The notes: generated by a model not told the origin, from the sequence alone. Shown: positions 50,900 through 59,040, counted from the stretch's first letter. The stretch: 64,000 nucleotides of DNA from Paludibacteraceae bacterium (GCA_017430235.1 JAFRNH010000008.1:2173-66172), one strand, 5' to 3'. Translations and numbers: made by a program.

Positions 50900-51405
50900 A
50901 ATATAAGAAGCTCATGCGCAACCTCATCAAGGAGAAGCGCAAGAAGATTGTCGAGATTAAATGAACAATGCCGAGAAAGTGTCTGACTAAATCAATACCA
51001 AAGTCCCCAAATATTCTTTCAAAAAAAAGCATTTATATCAAAATAAATTCGTATCTTTGTAACGTCTATCGCATATCGCTTTTTAAAATTCACAGCACTA
51101 AATTTAAGTGATTTTTTCGATACGGCAAAAATACTGTTCAACACATTGTTGTTCAAGTTTTTACAAGGCGAGTTCCATAAATTCGCTGTTTTGTTATTTA
51201 TTGGCAAAAAAGGGAAAAGTAAGTTGTGTTATTCGAGGGATAATATTTGAATAAGCTTAACGAATCCAAAAAACATCTTGTATCATCACAATGCAGAGAA
51301 ACAAATATGTTGATGTGTTGTGGTTAGACACAAGATAGCGTGTATGTGAGTGACGTGTTAGTAAAATGAGATTTTATGTTTATGTGGCAATTACAGTAAA
51401 AAAGT

Positions 51406-52314
51406 ATGCACAATAGAGGAAGAAATTTTTGGCATTTGATGGCCATTATTACAATGATTTTTTGGGGCACGAGTTTTGTATCAACAAAAATCCTGCTCGA
51501 TTATGGTTTTTCATCCATATTCATTTTCGTCGTACGGTTTATATTCACCTATTTTTTATTGTTGGTGTTATCGCACGACATGATGTTCTCACAAAACAAG
51601 AAAGACGAATTCCAATTGTTTTTAGGCGGACTGATGGGTGGCACGCTCTATTTCTGGTTAGAAAATACTGCACTCTCCCACTCTCCTTCTTCAAACGTTT
51701 CTCTTCTTGTGTGCACGAGTCCGCTGATCATCTTAATCATTGTCAGTCTGATTTTTAAGAAAGAGACATTGAAGAAAAGACAGGTGGCTGGTTCATTGCT
51801 CACCTTTCTCGGAATGGTCCTTGTGGTATTAAATGGACATTTTTGTCTGAAATTATCACCCAAAGGAGATTTATTAGCATTAGGCGCAGCACTAGTATGG
51901 GTTGTCTACTCCATCAGTGTGAAGAGATTGCATAAAAAATATTCCACTCTTTTCATCACAAGAAAAGTCTTTTTCTATAGTTGTCTAACAGCAATACCCT
52001 TGCTTCCATTAGACAACGCCATCATTCCATGGGAAAATTTCTTAATACCCACCGTGATTATAAATTTCCTATTACTGGCAATTTTTTCCTCTCTATTTGG
52101 GTATCTGGTCTGGAACCTTGTACAGAGAGAACTAGGTGCCGTGTTGGCCTCCAACTACATCTATTCGATGCCGTTGATCACAATCATCACAGCAGTAATC
52201 GTATTAGACGAGCAAGTGACATGGGTAGCACTTTTCGGTGCATTCGCCATTGTGACCGGAATGGTATTAGCAGAATATAACGGGAAGAAGAAGCCCGTAT
52301 CAGAAAAGGCGTGA
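51406..52314 (+). CDS. DMT-superfamily (EamA-like) transporter
   Basis: 302 aa with ten predicted TM segments in two EamA-like halves. Confidence 0.8.
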   Translation: MHNRGRNFWHLMAIITMIFWGTSFVSTKILLDYGFSSIFIFVVRFIFTYFLLLVLSHDMMFSQNKKDEFQLFLGGLMGGTLYFWLENTALSHSPSSNVSLLVCTSPLIILIIVSLIFKKETLKKRQVAGSLLTFLGMVLVVLNGHFCLKLSPKGDLLALGAALVWVVYSISVKRLHKKYSTLFITRKVFFYSCLTAIPLLPLDNAIIPWENFLIPTVIINFLLLAIFSSLFGYLVWNLVQRELGAVLASNYIYSMPLITIITAVIVLDEQVTWVALFGAFAIVTGMVLAEYNGKKKPVSEKA

Positions 52315-52589
52315 GGATCTCCATAAAAATCAAACACACCCACCATTTTTGTTTTTTTAGAAATAATTTTGTTTTTTTTAGGTTTATACACAATAATTAC
52401 ATAGATTTGCTATGGTATTAAGAACATGTTTGGGCATAGCAACAAGTAATTTGTGTTAATGATTGGGTGATATGATTTTATGGTGAATATTCACAAACGG
52501 GTAGGTAAATCAGCAGATAGGCAAATGCACTTTTGTTCTTGGCATCTAATGAAATTTAATTGGATATAGATAATATATAATTTGTCATT

Positions 52590-53378
52590 ATGAAGAAAAT
52601 TTCAGCAAAAACAAGATCTCTTATAAGTAAGGGGATTACCTCATTGTTATCAGCAATGGGATTTGTCACGTTGCACGCAGAAGAAAACAAGATTGATCCA
52701 GTCGAGCCTTATGATCGTGACACAATTAAAGAATTCAACTACGAAGACCAAACTGTGTTATTGTATGGCTGTCCATACGCCCACTACAAATTCACAGGAC
52801 ATGTTATTGACAAGGAGGGAAATCCACTAAGCAATGTGGAAATTCTATTTGAAGAGTGTGATAGAGATGGTGTTATAGCAAGCGTAAAAGACACATCAGA
52901 CGAGAACGGAGAATTTAAAGTGGAATACTCATATGCTCCTTGGTGCGATATAAAGATATCAGCAAAGAACGATTTCTCTGCTGCTTATGATTCTATTTCA
53001 AAAGAAGACATTGAAAAAGAAACTGCGACTACACGACAAGGATGGTATTATGGCTTATACAGCAAAGATTTAACCATCATCCTAAATGACAAGGGAGAAT
53101 TAGGCAAAATCATATTCAACAGCACAGCAAACATCGATGATCCGAATGCAGAAAAAGTCCTATTGTTCTCAAACCCAGTAGAAAATTATTTGTGGTTTAA
53201 CATAGACGGCGCAGAAGATGCCAATGTTGCTATTTATAATTTCGCCGGAGAGAAAGTGATGAACGCCATCATTTCAAACGGAAGCAACCTTTACGTAGGT
53301 GATCTTAAGCGTGGAAATTACATATTGACTGTCATTTCCAACGACAAAAAATATGTTGCTAAATTCATAAAAAAATAA
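52590..53378 (+). CDS. exported partner protein of the radical SAM enzyme, with a LYGCP motif, a carboxypeptidase-regulatory-like fold and a T9SS C-terminal domain
   Basis: 262 aa with a hydrophobic N-terminal signal. It carries LLYGCPYAHYKFTGHVIDKEGNPLSNVEILF (aa 57-87) and a C-terminal T9SS sorting pattern (LLFSNPVENYLWF...GNYILTVIS). Confidence 0.7.
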   Translation: MKKISAKTRSLISKGITSLLSAMGFVTLHAEENKIDPVEPYDRDTIKEFNYEDQTVLLYGCPYAHYKFTGHVIDKEGNPLSNVEILFEECDRDGVIASVKDTSDENGEFKVEYSYAPWCDIKISAKNDFSAAYDSISKEDIEKETATTRQGWYYGLYSKDLTIILNDKGELGKIIFNSTANIDDPNAEKVLLFSNPVENYLWFNIDGAEDANVAIYNFAGEKVMNAIISNGSNLYVGDLKRGNYILTVISNDKKYVAKFIKK

Positions 53379-53400
53379 AATTAGCACACATCTTAACACA

Positions 53401-53436
53401 AAGGGTGTATCAAAATATGGATTTTGGTACACCCTT
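53401..53436 (+). terminator. long hairpin between the LYGCP partner gene and radical SAM paralog 1
   Basis: AAGGGTGTA-T-CAAAAT-ATGG-ATTTTG-G-TACACCCTT, giving about 15 paired bases. No T-tract follows. Confidence 0.5.
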
Positions 53437-53458
53437 TCAAATCTATAAACGAAAACCC

Positions 53459-54550
53459 ATGGAGAATCCAAAAAAAATCCCATTAAAAAAGAGACTTGCA
53501 TTTAAATTATTCGATATATATCGTCACAACGTAACCAAAGAGCACAAGCTAAATTATCTTTTCTGGGAATGCACATTACGCTGTTCGTTAAACTGCCTAC
53601 ATTGTGGCAGTGATTGTCGTCAATCTTCAGATGTCAACGACATGCCTGTCGAGGACTTCATCAAAGCCATCAAGCAAATCATGCCCATTGTCGACCCCCA
53701 TCATACCATCATCGTAATCACTGGTGGAGAGGCTCTGGTCCGAAAAGATTTGGAAGAAGCCGGACGTGAATTGTATAATCTGGGGTTTCCTTGGGGAATT
53801 GTCACCAATGGTTATTTAATGACCCCAGAAAGGATGAATTCCCTACTTCAAGCAGGAATGCGTGCTTGCACGGTAAGTCTTGACGGACTGCGCGATTCGC
53901 ACAACTGGTTGCGACAAAACGAACTATCTTTCGACCGCGCCATCAATGCCATCAAAATGCTACCAAAAACAGATCTTGAATATGATGTCATGACCTGTGT
54001 TAATAATCGCAACTTCGACGAACTACCGCAAATCAAACAGATGCTAATCGATTATGGCATAAAGAACTGGAGAATAGCAACCATTTTCCCTGTTGGAAGA
54101 GCTACAAAGAATCCTGAATTACAATTACCTGACGATAAATTCAAAGCAGTGTTCGACTTCATCGAAGAGACAAGAAAAGAGGGCAAAATAAGGACAAACT
54201 ATGGATGCGAAGGCTTCCTAGGGGATTATGAGAGTCGCGTCAGAGACAACTTCTTCTTCTGTCGTGCTGGCATCAATGTGGGCTCCATCCTCGTAGATGG
54301 AAGTATCTCTGCTTGTCCCGATTTAAGAGACCGTTTTATCCAAGGAAACATATACAAAGACAACATCGCCGACGTGTGGGAAAACAGATATCAAATCATG
54401 CGCGATCGCTCATGGACCAAAACAGGCATCTGCAAGGATTGTGAATTCTTCAGTCACTGTGAAGGAAATGGTCTGCATCTACGAAACGCAGAGACCAACG
54501 AAGTGGCATTCTGTCATTTGAAAAGAATGACAGGAGGAAAAATAATGTAA
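53459..54550 (+). CDS. radical SAM/SPASM-type enzyme, paralog 1
   Basis: CX3CX2C motif (CTLRCSLNCLHC) plus C-terminal auxiliary-cluster cysteines (FFFCRAGINVGSILVDGSISAC, GICKDCEFFSHC, AFCH). Start set at MENPKKI, as in paralog 2. The track's GTG at 53405 lies inside a hairpin. Confidence 0.85.
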   Translation: MENPKKIPLKKRLAFKLFDIYRHNVTKEHKLNYLFWECTLRCSLNCLHCGSDCRQSSDVNDMPVEDFIKAIKQIMPIVDPHHTIIVITGGEALVRKDLEEAGRELYNLGFPWGIVTNGYLMTPERMNSLLQAGMRACTVSLDGLRDSHNWLRQNELSFDRAINAIKMLPKTDLEYDVMTCVNNRNFDELPQIKQMLIDYGIKNWRIATIFPVGRATKNPELQLPDDKFKAVFDFIEETRKEGKIRTNYGCEGFLGDYESRVRDNFFFCRAGINVGSILVDGSISACPDLRDRFIQGNIYKDNIADVWENRYQIMRDRSWTKTGICKDCEFFSHCEGNGLHLRNAETNEVAFCHLKRMTGGKIM

Positions 54551-54604
54551 TATGTCACAAATATTCTTTATTTTTGTTTCACAAACAAAAATGCAACTTT
54601 GAAT

Positions 54605-54877
54605 ATGAGAAACTTCATCAGCAAAATATTACTGACCCTAATAGGCATTTTAGGATGTTCTTATTCATCCTACGCATGCCACAAAGAGAAAAAAGACACA
54701 ACTTGCACGCAAAGTCAAGCAAGAGAGAAAATCAACAAGAACGAAAAAATTAATTGTTTGTATGGCGTTCCAAGTTCTGAATTTAAGTCTGTCGAATCGA
54801 AGCAAGACAAAACGGACACCAACAACAAGAAAAAAGATAATTCTGAATCGAAAAAGAAAAGCGAGAATTCAAAGTGA
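54605..54877 (+). CDS. small Lys-rich lipoprotein with a LYGVP motif (second radical SAM partner)
   Basis: 90 aa from ATG 54605, with a lipobox (LIGILGC), CLYGVPSSEFK at aa 51-61 and a Lys/Asn/Ser-rich tail. Confidence 0.6.
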   Translation: MRNFISKILLTLIGILGCSYSSYACHKEKKDTTCTQSQAREKINKNEKINCLYGVPSSEFKSVESKQDKTDTNNKKKDNSESKKKSENSK

Positions 54878-54897
54878 TAAACGCAGCATAGAAAGAG

Positions 54898-55986
54898 ATG
54901 GAAAATCCGAAGAAGATATCTTTGAGAAACAAGATCGCACTGAAGTTATTCGATGCATATCGTCATAATGCAGCAAAGGAGCACAAGCTAACCTACCTTT
55001 TCTGGGAATGCACACTACGTTGCACATTAAATTGTTTACACTGTGGCAGTGATTGTCGACAAATATCTTCGGTGAAAGATATGCCCATAGATGATTTCAT
55101 CAACGCAGTCAAACAAATCATCCCTATCGTAGACCCTCACAAGACAATGATTGTGTTTACGGGAGGAGAAGCACTTGTGCGCAAAGACATTGAACAAGCG
55201 GGCATACAACTCTACCATCTTGGATTCCCTTGGGGTATCGTCAGCAATGGATATCTTCTCACCAAGGAGCGTCTCACATCACTACTCAACGCAGGTATGC
55301 GAGCTTGCACTATTAGTCTCGACGGACTAAAAGAATCGCACAACTGGCTCCGACAGAACGAACAATCGTTCGACCGAGCATTGAATGCCATCAAGATGTT
55401 GCCAACCACAGACTTACGGCACGATGTGGTGACTTGCGTAAACAACAGAAACTTCGACGAGTTACCACAAATCAAGCAACTGCTCATCGATTGTGGAATA
55501 AAAGAATGGAGAATCTTTACCATCTTCCCAGTAGGAAGAGCCGCCAACAACCCCGATTTACAACTATCAGACGAGAGATTCAAAGCTGTTTTCGACTTCA
55601 TTGTGGAGACTAGAAAAGAAGGCAAAATAGACCTTAGTTATGGTTGCGAAGGATTCTTGGGTGGATATGAAGGTCTTGTCCGAGATCATTTCTTCTTCTG
55701 TCGCGCAGGCATCAATGTTGGCTCCATTTTAGTGGATGGCAGCATATCAGCATGTCCCGACTTGCGAAATCGTTTCATACAAGGAAATATCTACAAAGAC
55801 AATTTTGCGGATGTATGGCAAAACAGATATCAAATCATGCGAGACCGGTCGTGGACCAAGACAGGCATTTGCAAAGATTGTGAATTCTACAAACATTGCG
55901 ATGGGAATGGATTGCACTTACGAAATGAAGAAACCAACGAATTGGCATTCTGTCATTTACATAGAATCGTTGGTGGATCTAAATAA
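54898..55986 (+). CDS. radical SAM/SPASM-type enzyme, paralog 2
   Basis: 362 aa, collinear with paralog 1 and roughly 80% identical by eye. It has the same CTLRCTLNCLHC and C-terminal Cys pattern. Confidence 0.88.
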   Translation: MENPKKISLRNKIALKLFDAYRHNAAKEHKLTYLFWECTLRCTLNCLHCGSDCRQISSVKDMPIDDFINAVKQIIPIVDPHKTMIVFTGGEALVRKDIEQAGIQLYHLGFPWGIVSNGYLLTKERLTSLLNAGMRACTISLDGLKESHNWLRQNEQSFDRALNAIKMLPTTDLRHDVVTCVNNRNFDELPQIKQLLIDCGIKEWRIFTIFPVGRAANNPDLQLSDERFKAVFDFIVETRKEGKIDLSYGCEGFLGGYEGLVRDHFFFCRAGINVGSILVDGSISACPDLRNRFIQGNIYKDNFADVWQNRYQIMRDRSWTKTGICKDCEFYKHCDGNGLHLRNEETNELAFCHLHRIVGGSK

Positions 55987-56051
55987 ACAGAAGGGTGCAG
56001 AGACCATCTGTCGGTCACGTCACAACAAGCACGACGCGCCGCAACCCCACC

Positions 56052-56125
56052 GTAGAGACGTGGCGCGCCGCGTCTCTATTGTATGTAAAATGTATGTAAA
56101 AAGACGTGGCAAGCCACGTTCCTAC
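56052..56125. repeat. two REP-like palindromes separated by an 11-bp tandem duplication
   Basis: GTAGAGACGTGGCGCGCCGCGTCTCTAT (56052..56079). TGTATGTAAAA x2 (56080..56101). GTAAAAAGACGTGGCAAGCCACGTTCCTAC (56096..56125). Confidence 0.8.
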
Positions 56126-56139
56126 CGTTTATAGAATAT

Positions 56140-56331
56140 TTATTTATGGCTATCTGTGTCGCAACAAGTACTATCAGCGTCAGACCCACCATGATGAGGA
56201 GTAACATTTCTTTCTTCCCATTCTACATCCTCGTCACCTCCATATTCACACCTGCAAGAAGAGCAAGTGATGCCTAACAATCCCAACAAACTCAACAAAA
56301 GACTTATTTTTAACTGCACTATCTTCTTCAT
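56140..56331 (-). CDS. Cys-rich acidic mini-lipoprotein
   Basis: 63 aa with a signal/lipobox-like LLGLLGITC. The mature part is SSCRCEYGGDEDVEWEERNVTPHHGGSDADSTCCDTDSHK. It converges on the radical SAM genes. Confidence 0.5.
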   Translation of the reverse strand: MKKIVQLKISLLLSLLGLLGITCSSCRCEYGGDEDVEWEERNVTPHHGGSDADSTCCDTDSHK

Positions 56332-56425
56332 AATGGAAATAAAAATTTAAAAATTCAAATTTATTACAATCAAATACGCGACAAAGATAAATGAAAAAAG
56401 TTTAGTTTGTTAGCAATAAAAAAGT

Positions 56426-56433
56426 TATTTTTG
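56426..56433 (+). promoter_or_regulatory. candidate -7 promoter box for the GH9 gene
   Basis: TATTTTTG, 26 nt upstream of ATG 56459. Confidence 0.4.
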
Positions 56434-56458
56434 CATATAGCAAACTAATATACAGAAT

Positions 56459-58264
56459 ATGAAGAAAAAAATAATACCATTTGTGCTCGCCTCAATGAGC
56501 ATTTCAACATATGCTTACGACTATTCATCGTATTCAGCGGGCTATAGTAATTCAGATTATCGTGAAGCCATTAACATGGGCTTGAAATTTTTTGGTGGAC
56601 AGCGTTGTGGAGACAGTCACAACTGGATGCTGGTCAACAACTCAGAGCTTCAAAAGAATAATGAAGTATCTTGTCACACCCAAGATGGCAAAGGTTCTGT
56701 CAATGGTGGCGGCAATGGCAACTACGATTTAACTGGAGGATGGCATGACTGTGGAGACCACATTAAAGTGGGTACGACAATGGGTTATGCCGCAGTATCT
56801 CTGCTTATAGCATACGATGTGTGGCCAGAAGCTTTTCAAGACAATTATGACGAGGCTTACGGAGAGCCCAACCAAATTCCCGATGTGTTGGATGAAGTGA
56901 AATATGCAACCGACTATTTCATAAAATGCTTTCCAAACGACAATACGTTTGTCTATTATGTAGGTTTTGAGGGCGATCACAATGTATGGAAGACGTCTGC
57001 CAGACAATCGAAGGATAAAGTAGAAAATGGTGGTGACCCACGTCCCGTATGGACAGCGAGCGACAAAGGAGGTCCGCAAGCAGCCAACTATGCATCCGCA
57101 TTGGCATTGATGTCACTAAATTATCCAGACCAGTCATACAAAGAGTTGTGCAAGACATACGCCATCAAAGCATATAATTTTGCAAAGAAAAACAAGTCTG
57201 CACATGCAAGCATTCCTATCTTTTATTCCAATCCTAATCAAGAATGGACAGATGAGCTTGCTCTTGCTGCCATTTTACTTTACAGACTGACGGGAGAAGA
57301 GCAGTATAAGAAAGACGCTTTAAGCTACTTAAGTGGAACGTGGGAATCCAATTCTCCTTTAGCATGGGATACAGTGACCGACTTTGCATACTACTATATC
57401 GTAAAGGACGATCCAACAGCTAACAATGGACAAGGAGGAACATATCTAAGTTTCCTAGAAAAAAATGTCTATAAACTGCACATACAAGACCCACAAGAGC
57501 CAAGAAGCGACAAATCCTCTTGCACCAGCAACGGATTCCCATATTACAAAAGCAACTGGGGTACCAACAAGCTAGCACTTGGTGGTGCTGTCGCTGCAGC
57601 TTTATATGCAAAACTTGCAGAAGATGGTGTTATCACAACAACAAAAGACATCAAAAAGGCGAAAAATTTCACCCTCAGAATCATTGATTACGTATTAGGT
57701 AAAAATGAATTCAACCACACCTTCTTACATGGATTTAAGGGTGATATGACCCACAAAATACACCACCGTAATGCCATGGGAAGAAATGACAATCCGCCAA
57801 CCGACGAAAAGAACAAAGCAGAGTTCATGTTTGCCAGTGGCGGTCTGATTGGAGGACCTTCCTCCTATGGTCAATTTGGCAACGTTGTCGAAGGAGGTTC
57901 TAGTTATACGGAAACGGAAGGTGGATGTGACTACAATGCACCATTTGTGGCTGCTATGGCCAGTTTGGTAGCAGAAAAAGATCCTGTAGAATTCGTGGAT
58001 GCACCAACCACGCTATCCGACCACTCATACATGGTCTATCCTACCCTATTCGACGACTATTTCATCATTGACATGATAGAACATGCCTATGAAAAGGAGG
58101 TGATTGCACAAATCTATACAATCGACGGACAACTGATTGACGCATACGATTTGAAGGATAAAATGTCAACCATCATTCGCACAAGCAACTACGCTGCAGG
58201 CTTCTACATTGTAAAGATAACAGCCGATGGAAAGTCAGTTTCGTATAAGTTGGTTAAAAAATAG
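56459..58264 (+). CDS. glycoside hydrolase family 9 endoglucanase with a T9SS C-terminal domain
   Basis: 601 aa with GH9 signatures (DLTGGWHDCGDHIKVG, HHRNAMG, GGLIGGP, DYNAPFVAAMA) and a C-terminal sorting domain. Confidence 0.85.
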   Translation: MKKKIIPFVLASMSISTYAYDYSSYSAGYSNSDYREAINMGLKFFGGQRCGDSHNWMLVNNSELQKNNEVSCHTQDGKGSVNGGGNGNYDLTGGWHDCGDHIKVGTTMGYAAVSLLIAYDVWPEAFQDNYDEAYGEPNQIPDVLDEVKYATDYFIKCFPNDNTFVYYVGFEGDHNVWKTSARQSKDKVENGGDPRPVWTASDKGGPQAANYASALALMSLNYPDQSYKELCKTYAIKAYNFAKKNKSAHASIPIFYSNPNQEWTDELALAAILLYRLTGEEQYKKDALSYLSGTWESNSPLAWDTVTDFAYYYIVKDDPTANNGQGGTYLSFLEKNVYKLHIQDPQEPRSDKSSCTSNGFPYYKSNWGTNKLALGGAVAAALYAKLAEDGVITTTKDIKKAKNFTLRIIDYVLGKNEFNHTFLHGFKGDMTHKIHHRNAMGRNDNPPTDEKNKAEFMFASGGLIGGPSSYGQFGNVVEGGSSYTETEGGCDYNAPFVAAMASLVAEKDPVEFVDAPTTLSDHSYMVYPTLFDDYFIIDMIEHAYEKEVIAQIYTIDGQLIDAYDLKDKMSTIIRTSNYAAGFYIVKITADGKSVSYKLVKK

Positions 58265-58282
58265 GCAAAACATTATAAGAAT

Positions 58283-58969
58283 ATGAAAATAAAGATATTC
58301 ATTATTGTGATTCTACTTCTCCTTATCGGAGGAGGTATCTTCTTCGGAATACGTTACTATTATGTATTTGGCGAAGGAGTGAAAAGTGGAGAATTAAATT
58401 ATGTTGTAAAAAAAGGGTATGTATTCAAAACATACGAAGGAAAAATGATTCAGAGTGGATTCAAGAGTTCCCCAAAAGCTGGTGCTATTCAATCCAACGA
58501 GTTCATATTCTCCATTGAAGACAAAGAAACGGCAGAAAAACTAATGACAATGGGAGGAAGACAAATCGATGTTCACTACAAAGAGTATTTTCATTCCCTT
58601 CCATGGAGAGGCAATAGCGAATTTGTCGTAGATAGTTTCGTCATTAAAGTTGAAAACATATCATTAGACAAAATCAAGTTAGACCTTGTCATCGGCGACA
58701 AAGAGAGACTCGCCGCCTCTGTTTATCCAGAAGATGCATCCAATCAAACAATAAATTGGACATCCTCCAACGACAATATCGTTTCAGTCACATCCGATGG
58801 AAGCATCGTGGCAAAAGCAGACGGCAAAGCCACTATCTATGCATCTGTCGAAAATAAAACAGTTAGCTGCGAAGTGTTTGTAAGCGACAAAAAGAAGGAA
58901 ACAGAATCCCTCGATTGGCATCCACGATCAAGAAGCAATGAACCTCAAGAATATTACGAAGAATATTAA
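58283..58969 (+). CDS. membrane-anchored protein with a Big_2 (bacterial Ig-like) domain
   Basis: 228 aa with an N-terminal TM segment and a Big_2-like segment (LAASVYPEDASNQTINWTSSNDNIVSVTSDGSIVAKADGKATIYA). Confidence 0.65.
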   Translation: MKIKIFIIVILLLLIGGGIFFGIRYYYVFGEGVKSGELNYVVKKGYVFKTYEGKMIQSGFKSSPKAGAIQSNEFIFSIEDKETAEKLMTMGGRQIDVHYKEYFHSLPWRGNSEFVVDSFVIKVENISLDKIKLDLVIGDKERLAASVYPEDASNQTINWTSSNDNIVSVTSDGSIVAKADGKATIYASVENKTVSCEVFVSDKKKETESLDWHPRSRSNEPQEYYEEY

Positions 58970-59040
58970 ACCATTTATCCGTAAAAAAGAGTTCTTGTTT
59001 TTTTCTGATTTTTTTGCTATATTCGTAGCAAATTTATAAA

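Noticed and set aside
50914-50964. GC-richer 16-codon mini-ORF (MRNLIKEKRKKIVEIK) after the double-CXXCG gene
   Set aside because: It is too short to evaluate, and the frame is open upstream into the previous gene in another frame. It could be a relic of a lost gene's 3' end, but nothing in the sequence supports a function.
52483-52494. Perfect 12-bp palindrome GTGAATATTCAC about 100 nt upstream of the radical SAM cluster
   Set aside because: About one 12-bp perfect palindrome per 4 kb is expected by chance, and more in AT-rich DNA. It occurs once and matches no operator consensus I can name. It is only worth revisiting if it is conserved at orthologous loci.
55212-55625. 137-aa minus-strand ORF inside radical SAM paralog 2, with a 62-aa counterpart at 53848..54036 inside paralog 1
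   Set aside because: Both are antisense to the well-supported radical SAM frames. They recur only because the sense genes are paralogs, and they carry no motifs.
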